Of a stretch of DNA of 64,000 nucleotides, positions 39,855 to 52,826 are shown piece after piece (positions within the stretch are counted from its first letter, which is position 1; each line of letters opens with the position of its first letter). The notes beneath the pieces were generated by a model. That model was not told the origin of the DNA. It worked only from the letters and a program-made list of their open reading frames with translations, and ran no database searches. Position numbers and translations under genes: made by a program. This DNA comes from Podarcis tiliguerta (taxonomy: Eukaryota). The stretch lies in assembly GCA_965153285.1 (NCBI GenBank), contig OZ229110.1; one strand, given 5' to 3'.

Positions 39855-41615
39855 TCCCTTTCCTTTCCTTTTTTTATGGAGGAGCCTCCATGCCCAAGAG
39901 GGGCAGACTCCTGGGCTCTCAGTATTTGACTCCAAAGACTTAATAATTTATGTATATTTTTATCCAGTCCTTCCTTGGGGATGTGCAATCCAGGCTGTAC
40001 TTGGGAGCAATCTGTCATGCTTCCGTGGAATCTCTCTGAGGTTGCTGTTGAACCAAGGGGGGCAGAATGATAACCTACATGTTAATATGTAGTGGCATGT
40101 AACTTTTTCAGATTTATATATATTTAAAAAGCAATTTCAGGAGGCTGTAATTGGGCGTAAAGGAATGGTGGCTTGGGAAGGCTTAAGGTATTCCCACCAG
40201 CGTGTTTTCCCACTCAGATTAGTTCCCATTAAACTACTCTTTCCACCTGCAGGGAAGAAGCTACAGCCCCCCTCCCATATCTTTCTCCCTGTGGAGAGGA
40301 AAGCAGCAGGGGGAGGGGAAAGGCAATTATAAGCAGAAAAATGGCTGCCGGGGAAAAGCACCTCCTTCCCACCCACAGGTCTTCTGATCCAGATTGCAGC
40401 CTGACTTTCATTTTTTAAAAGAGAAAATATGTCTATAATATGAAGTTTTGCCATGAAAGCCCATTTTCCCTTGCACAGTGTGGCTTCTGAGGCAGTAATT
40501 TGCATCTAAGGAAATGCAAGAAGAAAGGGAGGGGACCCCCCCCCCCCATTCCACTTACCTCTTCCAGTGTTCAGGGCCCTTGTTTACCTAGCAGACAAAA
40601 TTCTGGAATTCCACAGAGGTAGAATTACAGAGATACAAATCACCTCCTCCCTTGGGCTCTTTTCAAGGGAGAAGGAATGGGCCTTCCAGGCTTCCTTACT
40701 TGCAGCTTTGGCATTTGTTTGCCTCTAGGCACTATGGCAGCCCTGAGTATCTAGATCCTGAGAGGGTGGCAAATTATTGAGAGTTGAAACCTGCACTGCA
40801 AGGATGCCACTGGTTTTGCAGGGCCCTGGATAATCTGCATATGTTCTTTCACATGGCTGAGTCTGCCCAGTTTGCCATTTGATGCCTTTCCCTGAGACTC
40901 CAGGTCATTGCTGTTGGGCATATTGCAAATTAGGGGAGACCTGAAAGAAAATGGAAACTCCACAAAGAGAATGCTTCTTAGAATCAGATTCATTTCATTG
41001 TATTTAGTGACCAACCATCATGTCTTTCATTACATTCAGAGCATTCAAAATGATCCGTGATAAGCCTTAGCCCAAAATAAAACTATACTAATGTATAAAA
41101 TGACCTAGAATGCCACAAATACAACCCTAAAACAAATATTGTTCAATGCTTTTCCAATGCTACAACAATAAAACTGTGAGCATAACAGAGCCCTGCTCCA
41201 GGATTCTCTAAAGCTGGGCATTGACGGTGGTTTAAGAGCATCTCTGCTGGAGCAGCACATCTGACATCATTTTGTATGTTTTTCCTCTGTGCCCCCCATA
41301 CTTTAGTAAACACTTATGAAAAAAGAATCACCAAAAATATAGACAATTCTTTCCAATAATGAATAATTATTTTATGCAATTCAATTTTTATATTGTACCT
41401 TCTCTTCATAACGGAGTCAATTTTGTCACAATCCGGCCACCCCTTTACTGAGAGCTGAATTTTCAAGATCTTACTTGGGACTTCTGAGTCGCGCAGGATC
41501 TGTTTGTGACTCTGCCATACAGTTTTGTTGGATGAGTACAAGCACCCAAGGCGAAGGTGTGGACTGACCTGTCGATCAAGGTCCTCCCCTCATCTTCTCT
41601 TTTCTCTTGCTTCAG

Positions 41616-41705
41616 ACTCGGAGACGGGAGAAGATGATGCCAGCAGCACACAGGTGACCCAGCGCAGCCAGCTCCAGGATGAGACCACCTATAGCTCCCC
41701 AACAG
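41616..41705 (+). CDS. SPEG: SPEG exon 2 (DSETGEDD...YSSPT)
   Basis: TTCAG acceptor, G|GTGAG donor, 90 nt, phase 1-1. Matches recalled human DSETAEDD...FSTPT. Confidence 0.93.
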
Positions 41706-43609
41706 GTGAGGAGAAGGCGGCAGGTGAATGGAGAGGTTTGGCATTCTGAGCAGAATGGGCATGGAACTATATTTCAAACAACGATGTTGCTGCTGGTGCC
41801 CCAGCAATTCTGCCCCCAAATCCCCTCACAATCCTGAGACTGTAGCCTCCCTGCTGCCTGGCCCTGTCTGAGGCAAGAGTGGTATGTCACATATACCATG
41901 CCAACACAAATAGCACCCCCCCCCCCGTGATTTGTTCACCATGAATCCTATGAGCAGGGTCTTTTTCTGTCCCTGAGTGTCCAGCTTTTTTGGATCATTG
42001 GCCAAAGAGTTTAACTCTCTCTTCAGGGTTCCTTTTTGCAGGCAGCTACCATTGGAGCATGAGAATTACTGCTCCCCGGAGACATAGCCAACCTGACATC
42101 ACCTTTTCCTGGAAGAAGGGCACATATTAACCGACGCAGAACATTAATTTAATAAAGAGGGCAACTTTATATCAGAGGAGGACTCAGCAAAGCATAAAGG
42201 TCATTAGATTCCACAGAAATAAAACTGAAAAATCGCAGGCTTTAACTATAGCCTCCTCATGCTGGGTTCCTTCAGTACCCGGTCACTTCAGGCAGTGCTC
42301 ATGCACCTTCCACAGAATGACTAGGCAAATGGGGCAAGGGGAGATAGAGCCCTTGGTTGATCATGCACCCCACTTAGCAAATTGTGCTTAATGGGGGCTG
42401 TATTCTGAATTGAGCAACACTTGGAATCTTTAATGAGCAGGGTTTAAGTGTCGATGGGCATATATATCATTCTGCATAACATTATACTGTATAAAAAAGC
42501 CAGTCACACTCCCGGGTGACAAAGAAACAGAACTCAGGATGGAGCTGTGCACATGTTTATGCAGATAGGAGCAAGCTGGATTCTCAGAAGTCAGCAGTGT
42601 GGGGAGTCAGGTTTATTTCCCTGAGAGCACCCACCTAAGCAGGTGAATAGTTTCCATTCATTCTTTTGAGTAAATGTATGAGATTATTAACCATGCGCTT
42701 CTCACTGTTAGCAACCTTCTTTGGCTTTCCAACCTCAGTTTTTCATTAGGCAACTTTTAGTCACCTGTTTGCCTTTCCACAATCTCCTTTAGTTTAAATC
42801 GTTCTTTCCTCTCGAAGAGTCTCTTTAAAAAAATGCAGTCCTATTCTCTCACATTCTTTTTACTGAACAAAAAAACAGGTCCGAGTTTTCCATCACAGAA
42901 GAGGTTTCCCATTGTTTTGATCACCCCAGTGCCTCTTTTCTGGTGGTTCTGGGGACAACAACACAAGGCATAAGCTCCCATTTTCAGTTTGGGCAACTTT
43001 ATCCCCAATGAACTTGTCTTCAGTGCTTGGCACAGAGCACTGTGGTTCTGGCCTTCCATCTCTGCTCTTCCTTCAGTAGGTAGTCTTGGGTAAGCTAGTC
43101 TCTAAAAAGTTGGGGGAACGATGATCTACCTTGCAAAGCAGGATAAACAAGCCAATGATTGCAATGCACTGTGCATGTTAAAAGAGCTACATGAATATTC
43201 ATTTATATCATTGCAATAAGAAATTGTTCGTCTCTCCTTCCTTCACTGCAAATGCCTGACCTTGTGTGTTGCATAATTGTGTTTCCCTTCACTCTGGCCG
43301 CACCATCTTGGTGGCTGAGTTGAGTTATTAAGTGACCAACCTGGCCTTGTCTTCTTTTCCTTCTTCGCCCCTCTTCTTTGTCCTTTCCAGCTGAGAGAAA
43401 AATGCTTATTCTTAGCCCTCAAGAACATGACCTGACGCTAACCCATGATATATGCAGTGGCACTGCACGCTCCAAGAAACTGATACTTTACAGCCTCCTA
43501 AATTAAACAATATCGATAGAATCTCGGGTTATCAGGCCTCGATCTGATGCAAGGGAGATGGGGGGCTTTCCAGCCCCCTCGATCAGTCCATGTCTGTCTT
43601 TCCTTGCAG

Positions 43610-43952
43610 GGGAGTCGGACACGCTGGTGGATGCCTCCATGAAGACCACGCCGACCTCAGTGCCAGGCCTGTCCCAGACAGATGAGCACTCCAACTGGTC
43701 AGGGAGCCAGACCACGGTGTTGGAGAAGGACCCAGAGGCTGGCCCCACGGTGAGGGGACCCTACCTGCACCCCAGCATTCCAAGGCAAGCACCTGCCGAG
43801 GCCCGGCACCTGGGGGTGGAGCCGCTGGTGCGGGCATCACGGGCGGAGCTGATTGGCGTGGCCCCGGGGTCCGAGGACAGCCTGTCTCTGGGGAGCGACC
43901 CCTACGGCAGTGCCTTCAGCCTGTACCGGGGCCGTGCCCTCTCCTTGCACGT
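43610..43952 (+). CDS. SPEG: SPEG exon 3
   Basis: Encodes ESDTLV...[14 protein letters not shown]...GSEDSLS...[23 protein letters not shown] acceptor, GT|GTAAGT donor, phase 1 to 2. Confidence 0.95.
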
Positions 43953-45279
43953 GTAAGTAGCCGTGGGGCCGTGGAGTGGGGTGCAAGGGCCATTATGCTG
44001 GGACCATCTCTTCCCCCCTACTCTCCAGTCATAATCCCTCGCTGAACCCTCAACCTCTTAAGTCATTGATTTTGAGGCACCACCGAAACTTTCCTGAGCC
44101 CCATCATCACAGTCCCGATCCCTGATGTCATGGCACCTTCCATCCACAGCCCCCACTGCACTCTCTATACCCTCTGAAGCCACCCACACTATCCTGCCAT
44201 TGTCTCTCCTACTGCTTCCTCTGCTGCAGTATCTTCCCCCTCCCCATCGCCTGCTGCCTTCGCTCTCCTAAAATGTTGCTATGAGGACAATGGGCTGCAT
44301 AGGTAGGTATCTGCTGCTGCCCCAGGCTTCCCACTCCCTAATCAGCATAGAGAGCAGAGTCTCCATAGCTTCTCCCCTCCCCAGGTTTTGCTGTCTTCCT
44401 TTGGCTTGGAGCTAACCCTGTTTCGCGTAAAGCCAATGGCATCAGTAATAGGCCCTCCAACACCAAACTCTGAGAGATGCCCATTTAATTGGGGCATCAA
44501 TTGTGGCACTTAAAAAAAACAACAACCCAAGCACAGTGGGCTGCACTCACTCTTCTGGCGCATGGCAATATTATTTAAATTGTTACTAAAATAATGCCTA
44601 TATCACCTTTCGTTTCAAAAGGAATACCAGTCCTGGTATGGGCTAGCGAAGAAATTGCCATGACCAAGCGAGTCATTTAAGCCCTCCGAATCCTGGATAA
44701 CCCAAATCCAAATTTATAACTTATGGGTGCAACTGAGCTAATATTAAGCACTTCTGAGTTCCATTTACTTCAAGGGAAGATTAAGCACCTGCTTAAAATG
44801 AATCCTTTTGAGATTAGTGGGACATAAAAGTGCTCTACTGAGGCTTGATTGCGCTTTATGTAAATTAGCCAAACCGCGACAGGACCATTGGATGGGAAAT
44901 TGCCGTTTCATCTGAATGTTTGATTTCACCCACACACAGAGGAGACCTACTTGGTGTAGGTAAAGGTGGAGACAGTCACAGGAGGTTGTGATTGTCATAT
45001 AGACAGGGGCCTATACTGTTCCCACCAAGGCCTAGATTAATGGGGAGAAATAGCAGGGTTTCGATGCCACCATTCGCGTTTGGGGATTTTAGTTTAGAAA
45101 AGTAAAGTAAAGGGAGCGCATCATTCAGGAATATATAATTATGCATGGTGTAGAGTAAGTGAATACAAAGATTTTTTTTCTCTAGCTGGCTACTGTGGAG
45201 ACAGAATGCTGGACTAGATAGGCCATTGGTCTGGCCCAGCTGGGGTCTTCATATGTTCTTATATTCACCTATTCCTGAG

Positions 45280-45415
45280 GTCAGTGCATCTGACTGTTAA
45301 CCAGAAGATCGGGGGCTCAAGACCTCCCAGGGATGGCTGTGGGCAGGATTCCTGCATTGCAGGGGGTTGGACTAGATGACCCTCAGGATCCTTTCCAACT
45401 CTATGATTCTATGAT
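45280..45415 (+). mobile_element. tRNA-derived SINE with CR1-type tail
   Basis: Close similarity to the 12.3-kb copy; ends TTCCAACTCTATGATTCTATGATT. Confidence 0.75.
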
Positions 45416-47344
45416 TATTAAACAACTTCAGGCAGGCAAATCTGGAGAAACAATAGAATACAGAAGCACAATCAGAGGTAGGTAGTCATCCTCATCCATA
45501 AGGATGATGTGAAAGAGAGGCTGGTTGCTGGTGATTAAGGGAATGGTAATTAAGAACCCAACAAATGATGTAATGATGGTGATGTGATTATCTCTTTGGT
45601 AGTGGTGCTTTTGGCTACACTAATGCAACTTTTGTTAAATTCAACATACACACACATTTTAACCCCCCCTCCCCGCTAAGAACTCCTTTTATCCCAGAAA
45701 TGTAGTGATGCAGGGAGGCAAACAGGGAGAGATGATAAGCCGCGTCGAGTGCCAAATCTCTTCCTCATACCATATATAGATCCATTTCAGTTTCTGAGCC
45801 ATTAGCAGGCACTGCCCACACATTTTTATTATTTCCCCCCTGTAATAATGGGAAACTGGATACCAGCGGTTTTTCTTAAAAGCGAAAGCTGAAACCCGTC
45901 ATGCTGTGAAAATGGCAGCACACTCCATGTTAACTGCAGAGGCAGTGAGTGTCGTAAGGATCTTTGAGAGGGTGGGTCCAGAGCTACATTAGGTCACTTG
46001 AGACTCCCTCATCTCCTTCTTCTTTCCTCCTGAGTTTGCTTTCCCAACTTTATCCTCACGCTTATCATCCTCCGGCTATGGTACCTGACTAAGTATACAC
46101 TTGCATAATTCTCACTGTGTGCATGCAGCTGGACACGCGTGCCCATTTGTTGTAAGGAACTAAAATGGCCTTGGAATGAATGTATGTGTGCCAAGTATGT
46201 ATCTGTTCGTATGTACACCTGAGTTAGTGTTTGTACCTGGGGGAAACAGCATGCCTGTGTACAGGATGCAGCTTTCTATTCTCCTACCCTCTGCCTTCTG
46301 TTGCATTTCTGGCTGCACCAGGGCCTCCCCTTGTCTTCCCCTGCTTCCTCAAGCCAGGCCAGCCTATCCTCATCTACCACTGATGCACAGCCTGATGAAC
46401 TCCCCCCAATCTCTTCCTTTGCCCTTGTGCAGCATCTGGCATGGCTCAGTCAGCAGATAAGACCAAGAGTTGGATCTTGCCAGGAAGCGTGGGTATTTTC
46501 CCTGGACTCTTGGCGGAGAATCCCAGTTCACCCATCTGGCCAGTCTTGGAATCAAATATGATGATGATTTATTTATATATATATATATGCCACCCATCTG
46601 ACTGGGTTGCCCCCAGCCACTCTGGGCAGCTTCCAACAAATTAAAACACAAGACATCAAACATTTAAAAAATTCCCACATTTTTATGAGGCAAGACCCAT
46701 TGCAATGCAATCCAGACCACAGTGTGCCACAGCACAGAGCAGGGGCACTGTAGAAAGGTCTAGGTGGGGCAAACAGCTTGAGGAGATTCAGATAGTAAGC
46801 CAAGCCACACAATGCTGGAGAAGGCAAAAACAAACACACACACCCTCCTCTGTACACATGCACACACATCTTCATCTAAGGACAGAAGTAGACGACTGTT
46901 CCTCCTTCTCATTGCCTCACCTCTCTCTTCCATGGCTAATTTAAACCCCAGGTCTGCCATTAGGAGGGGTTGGCCATGTGGTTTTTTATTCAGGGGGGTA
47001 CTCAAGGGTACGCAGTGCTGGCACCTCTTTTGTTGTGAGGCACTTACTGTAACAACTTCATGGTGAGTACCAGCACCTATTTTTTCTAGAAAAATAGCAC
47101 TAGTTCTCCATATTTATTTATTTATTTCATAAAAACGTAGCAAGGCGGAGTAGGAGGAGAAAATCAACAAAAGATAAAATCAGCAATTATAAGGATAAAA
47201 TCAACAAAAGTTCCGTAAAGCAGCATTCAAAACATCAATAAGACGTCAGCATAGGCACCTGCTCCCTTGCCGCTCACCTTCTTTTGAGTTTTTCAGGCTG
47301 TCCTGCCTTAGCAAACTATGCCATGTCTTGCCTTCCAACTGCAG

Positions 47345-48741
47345 CAACCTCCCCCATGGTGGGTACCGGAGGGATGATGCCAACAGCAGCAGCAAAACCA
47401 GCACAGATACCCTCCACCCACCAGCACAGAAGCCTCCTCTCCAGCGCCCAGTGTCCCCCAGAGCAGGGCAGTGCCCCGTCCACCCGCCTGGGGCTGGCCG
47501 TGGCCCCACCCCACCTGTGGCTCCCCGCAGGAAGCTGCTGATGCCCCCCGAGTTCCAAGATACGGCATCCGAGGAACAGGACGAAAAGCTGAAGCGCCCC
47601 AAATCATCTGGCTACTCTCAGGCTTGCACAGGAGAGTCCCGGCCCCAGACGCCGCTGAGCGAGGCCTCCAGCCGCGTCTCCGTCCTCCGCCCATCGCCCA
47701 AGCTGCCGCGGACGGGCTCCAAGATCTTTGACAAGCTGAAGTTCTTTGAGGAGCGGCGCAAAAGCCTGGAGCAGAACGAGAACCCTTTCGCGGGGCACAC
47801 ATGGCTACCGCTACGCAAGACGCGCTCTTTTGACCAGCCCGGCTTTGACGATGCCAGCCCCTTCCTCTCGGCCGTCTCCCACGAGGACCTGCAAGAGGAC
47901 ACCCGCTCCGAGCTGGGCGGCGTGGCGTTCCGGCGCCGGGCCTTCCACCAGAAGGCGGCCTCCTTGGATGAGCGCGGCCGCTTCTCCAGCCGCGTGCACG
48001 ACATGGAGCACAAGTTCACGGAGGAGCTGGGCCGCATCAAGCGCACCGTGTCTCAGCAGCAGCTGCGGCGGTCGCAAGAGCTCTTCAGGTCACCGTCGCC
48101 ACGTTCCTCCGCCGAGCCATCTGCTCCCAGGGTCCCGCCACCACGGAAACTCAAGCCCCTCAAGGCTTTGCCCCTGGCAGAGAATGCCCATGGCGTGCAG
48201 CAGCTGGTGTTGTCCAGCGTGGTCCTGGTGGGGCCCAGAGACGAGACCAAGGGGACGCAGAAGCCTCTGGCGAGGAGCGTGGCCACAGCTGAGCAGGTGG
48301 CAGAGCCCAGCAGGGGTCAGAAGGAAAGCGAGCTGAATGGGCAGGATCTGCGGAGGAAGGTGGAGCAGTGCCCGCTGACTCTGGCAGCCCCCTTGGGAAG
48401 GAGAGACCTCCTGCAGGCTGGGCATCCAGAGAGCAATGACTGCATGGATGGAGGAGGGTCTGTGAGCGCGGCGAAAGGGAGCCATGAGCCCAAGGGTCCA
48501 AGTGCAGCCTCGCATGCCCGGAAACGGGAATCTGGCCAGAACGGACATTCCCTGCCCTGGGCCAAGATGGAGCCAGGAGCAGATAGAAGCAGGGCAGGGA
48601 CCCACGGTGCAAACAGAGAGTTGGAAAGAAAGACTGGGAAAGTGGCAGAGAAAAAGGACAACGCATTGCAGCCTCAGGAAGGGAAGAGCACTCGGAGCAG
48701 AGGCAAAGGGCGCCGGACGCGGCGAACGTCGCCTGAATCAG
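47345..48741 (+). CDS. SPEG: SPEG exon 4 (large disordered Pro/Ser/Arg-rich linker)
   Basis: Lies within ORF 47328-48932. Contains ESRPQTPLSEAS, DKLKFFEERRKSLE, QKAASLDER, ELGRIKR and GKGRRTRRTSPE. CTGCAG acceptor, G|GTATGG donor, phase 2 to 1. Confidence 0.95.
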
Positions 48742-49085
48742 GTATGGAATCAGGGCAAGTGCTGCTGTCTCCTTGGGGAGGAAGCTGGCAAGCTAGGCTG
48801 TGCTGTATGCCGTGGGGAGAACTCCACCCAACTTCCCACAGAAATGGAGAGGCCTGTAATGCCCTTTCCTCCACTGTAGGCAAGACCCTTAGGATTCAGG
48901 CCAGAGCATCATGCATGCCTGGGATTGTATGAGCTCCTCAAGAGGGTTGGTAAGTGCTCAGTCTTGGCTTGCTCTTATCTGTTCTGACTGCTTCTCACAT
49001 TTCTGCCCATGTCATCAGCATCTGGGATGTAATCTCAGCCAGGCCTTGCCTGGAAGTGTCATTGGTGCATAAGCATAGCATAGGG

Positions 49086-49212
49086 CAGGTGTGGGGATCC
49101 TTTTGACCTCCAGATGTTGCTGAACTACAACTCCCATCAGCCCCGGCAAGCATGGGGAAGATGGGAATTGTAGTACAGAAACATCTGGAGGACCAAAGGG
49201 TTTCCACACCTG
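49086..49212. mobile_element. hAT-type MITE
   Basis: Terminal inverted repeats CAGGTGTGG...CCACACCTG, internally palindromic, perfect 8-bp TSD GCATAGGG at 49078-49085 and 49213-49220. Relatives near 37450-37565 and 10403-10537. Confidence 0.85.
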
Positions 49213-50408
49213 GCATAGGGTGTGGGGAAGCGCAGGTTTTTGCAGGGAAAGCTCTGGAGCAAATAGAAACAAATGGTTGGACATGGAGCTTTTAAGCTCA
49301 GATCTGTGCCTGGAAAAAGTGGGGCAAAAGCTAAGTGTGGATAAACCCCTCCTCACTATCCTTGGCCCTCTGTCATTTTTGTTCCTTTCCATAAAACAAA
49401 GGGACAGCCTCTGATCAATGGAAGTTGGAAAGAGGAGCATGAACTTGAGATCCAGTTTTTGAGGCGGCCGAGTGAGTGTGGCAACTTCATCAGGGCCTTC
49501 AAGTAGCTGGCAGATACAAGACACGGTGCAACATTTACAATAGTTAATTAGTTCACAGTTCACTGTGGCTATGTGTATGTTACAGAGAACTGTAGTCTCC
49601 TAATGGCTAACACAGGTCTTGTGACAGGATTTTCAGTGCTTCTGAGTCAAGAATGGAAATACGTGCTCTTTAGTGCAGGTTTTGTTCATTTGCTTAGCAT
49701 TTAGGTACATTCCTCATGCATTCTTGCTACTGCCTTGAAAGGTAAGCAGGCTGGCCTTAGTATCCCCATTTTACAGACTGGAAGTGAGGTTGAGAAATGC
49801 ACACATCTTGAATGCACAGAAGTAGTGTGTGTACCAAGAGGCTGCTGTACTGGGTCTACCAAATTACTGACAGAAAAATAAGTCCTCCAACTTCCTTCCC
49901 AGGTAGCCTGACTCAATAAGTGATCATAAATTTAGACACATTTATGACTAGTGTCAGCTTTGAATGCATTGAGCTGTAACAGTAGTTTTATGAGGGTTCT
50001 AAATTTCCCCCCTCTCTAAACAAGTGAAATGAAGCTCATCCTCTTTAGTTATTCTTAGAGACCTGTGAAGGTGGCTATCTGCGTCAAGGCAGAGTGAACT
50101 GTGCCACTCAGGAGGCTCCTCTAATCCTTTGGACTCAGCTAGGTAGCAATAGATCAAGAATCCACACTGTGCTAGAGAGACTTGGGGAGATTAAGGATTT
50201 TGAGCAAACTGTAATCATCAGCACATAAAAGGGCTCTCACTCTCTCGGGGCATAACAGAACCAGTGCATGTGAAAAAGAGAGCTAAGATTTAAACACATT
50301 CCTTCCCAGAAGGCAGTGCAAAGTTTTATATCCATGCAAGTTGTGGGCCTTTCCCCCTCCTCCACACCACCTCTTTTGCAGCTGCTCTTTCTCCCTCTCT
50401 CTGCACAG

Positions 50409-50552
50409 AATCTTCTGATGATTCCTACATCTCGGCGGGTGAGGACCCACTGGAACGCCCCATCTTTGAGATCCCTATCCAGGATGTAACAGTCGTAGCT
50501 GGAACAGAAGTGCTGTTCAAATGCATCATCACAGGCAACCCTTCCCCAGAAG
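50409..50552 (+). CDS. SPEG: SPEG exon 5 (first half of Ig domain 2)
   Basis: Encodes [48 protein letters not shown]. 144 nt, phase 1-1, non-canonical donor G|GCAAGT. Confidence 0.92.
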
Positions 50553-51670
50553 GCAAGTGCATGGAGTACCAGGAAGAGTGTGGGATGAGTGATGATGAGC
50601 ATGCATAGGCAAACCTGTGGGGTGCCCAGTGCAAGTCAGAGTGAGAGGAGCCAGGAGATGGATGGGGGCCATCTACTCTACCTTTGCTGTTGTCTCTTGG
50701 ATCACACAGGTGTCTTCATTTCCACAGATCTCTAGGGAAAATTGGTTTTATTTGGTTTTGTGTATGTTGCCTACCTCACATCAGTAAGGATTCTGCTTTG
50801 AATATGGTCCAGAGCCATGTGGTCCTGGTGGCAACACTAGGAGGAAAAACACAAGGCTGGGGGAGAGAAATGGTTGCAATTCCAGCTGCCCAATAGTACC
50901 AAGTAATGTGACTGGCAAGTAATGTTGCAGTTAACTAAAATGGGGGGGAAATGGCCTAACCAGGTTTTTTGCTTTTGTTGCAAGAAAAACAAAGGGCAAT
51001 ACTATTTTATTTTAGCTGCAATCCTTTGATAGGCAGGCAACAATCCTGCTAGACTTTCCCTCCCTTCACCTACCAGGTGTTTGGGCTTCATCACCAGCTC
51101 TGCTTCCGTGCAAATAATTCAACCCTTACCCCTGCACCAGAATGTTCTATTTCAAAAGTTGATAACTTTTACTATGATGCAGTTTTCCAGCAGTAACACC
51201 TGTGGTGCTGCCAAACTGTAGTCCTGTATTAGGGCTTGGAAATAACCCAGGGAAAATAACCACCATCCCAGGGCATTACCCTCAGCGGCTCTGCTGCATA
51301 CCCTCTTCAAGTGTTTTTGCCTGGCTGAAATGTGTCCTTGAATTCTGATCATGCTTCTTATCTGGATGGAGGCCAGAGAGGGGAGTGTGAATGTGTGTAG
51401 AAACTAGCCTACTGTACAAAGTGGGGGAGATGCATTTGTTTGGCTGTGGCCCTGCCCACCACTGCCATGTGGCCTCCGGAAGGTTGCTCAGAAGGGAATG
51501 TGGCTCTCAGGTTGCAAAAGGTTCCTCACCCCTCCTCTCTGAAAAGGACACAGTTCCAGCAGTCAGTGGATAAAGTGGAAAGTGCCATGTATGGGGGGAG
51601 GTGTTGTATGTACAGAAGTGAGATGTCCCCACGTGCTCTGACCTCCTGCCCACTTGCCCCTTCCCCACAG

Positions 51671-51853
51671 TGTCATGGCGAAAGGATGGCGTCCCTTTTC
51701 GGAGCAGCACCACTCGCCCTATCAAAGCAGAGGGAGAACGCCACACCCTGCTGGTCAGGAGTGCCCGTGCGGCTGATGCCGGCCTCTACACAGTTTGTGC
51801 CACCAATGAAGTGGGCGAGGCCTGCTGCAGTGCCATCTTGACTGTGCGGCCAG
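51671..51853 (+). CDS. SPEG: SPEG exon 6 (second half of Ig domain 2)
   Basis: Encodes VSWRKDG...[47 protein letters not shown] acceptor, G|GTAAGT donor, 183 nt. Confidence 0.95.
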
Positions 51854-52149
51854 GTAAGTGGCCGGGGAAAGCCAGCCAGATGGGCGGGGTACAAATAATA
51901 AATTATTATTATATTATTATAAGTGTGTGATGAAGGCAGTGGAGGCAGCCCAGAGAGGACCAGCCGAATCCCTGAAGGCCAAGGGAGGGTTGTAGAGTCA
52001 TATTCCTTCCCAGGCCAAGTTTGGGGAGAAGCAGTTTTGTGCCTTGGGGCTTAGTTAGCATCCTAGGCTAGGTCTTTTCCTGTCAACCTTGTGGTGCCTC
52101 AGGCTGCTGCCGCTGCTCCTGCTGAAAGAGAGATGAGGCTGCCTTTACC

Positions 52150-52740
52150 CTACAAGGCTTGGTTTAGGCCAGCCTGGCTGACAAACAGCCAGCAGCAGTC
52201 TTGAATGCGGGGAAGAAGGGAGAGACGGCCTGGACTGCTGGGCTCTCAGCACCAACCCCACGAGGTGGCGGCGGGGGAGGTCGATCTGGCTGACGGACTG
52301 ACTCCGATTCCTGATCCGTGTTCCGGACCACAAACTCCGCGGGGAAACCCGTGTCAGCGGCGCTTGCGGTTTGCAAGCCTTCCTGGGCAAGTGCAAATGA
52401 ATTATCCGAAAGGATGCAAATGAGGTCGCCCGTCTGTTGATCTGAAATGTGAGCCCTGGAGGGGCTGGGGTCGGCGTCTGTCTGGAGCCCCGATGCCTTC
52501 CTCGGCTGTGGCTCGAAGGGAAGGCGGTTCCGAAGAGGCTCCTGGATTCTGCCCGGCCTCTGGCGCCTCCGTTGAGGATCCCTTTGCCCACTCGTCTCCT
52601 CCGTGTCGGACGCTGTGTTTGTTAAGAATCGGGGATTGAGAGAGAGAGATCATCCTCGGGAAATGGCTGTAGAATCCTCTTTGCCGCGCCGATTGCAGGC
52701 TCGGGAGGGGCGCCCCGTTTGTTCCCTGCGTTCTTGCGCT
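52150..52740. promoter_or_regulatory. Intronic CpG island; candidate APEG-1/SPEG-alpha promoter and non-coding first exon
   Basis: CpG-dense non-coding block in intron 6, candidate donor AT|GTGAGC at 52449, octamer ATGCAAAT at 52414-52421. Confidence 0.6.
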
Positions 52741-52826
52741 GCAATCCTATGCATGTTTACTCGGAAGTAAGTCCCGCTGCGTTCAATAGAACTTAAACCC
52801 AGGTAAGTGTGCATAGGATTGCAGCT
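52738..52826. mobile_element. Short palindromic MITE
   Basis: GCTGCAATCCTATGCA...TGCATAGGATTGCAGC inverted ends. Related copy at about 16980-17064. Confidence 0.7.

Noticed and set aside
48742-48932. ORF continuation past exon 4; similar tails follow exons 1, 6, 9 and 10
   Set aside because: Read-through into introns; homology resumes in the next exon.
49086-49212. Hairpins as pre-miRNA candidates (also 37450-37565 and 59548-59860)
   Set aside because: Multi-copy MITEs with terminal inverted repeats; the 49-kb copy has an 8-bp TSD.
52760-52810. Strong donor-like GTAAGT motifs near the CpG island
   Set aside because: They lie inside a palindromic MITE that has another copy in the window.
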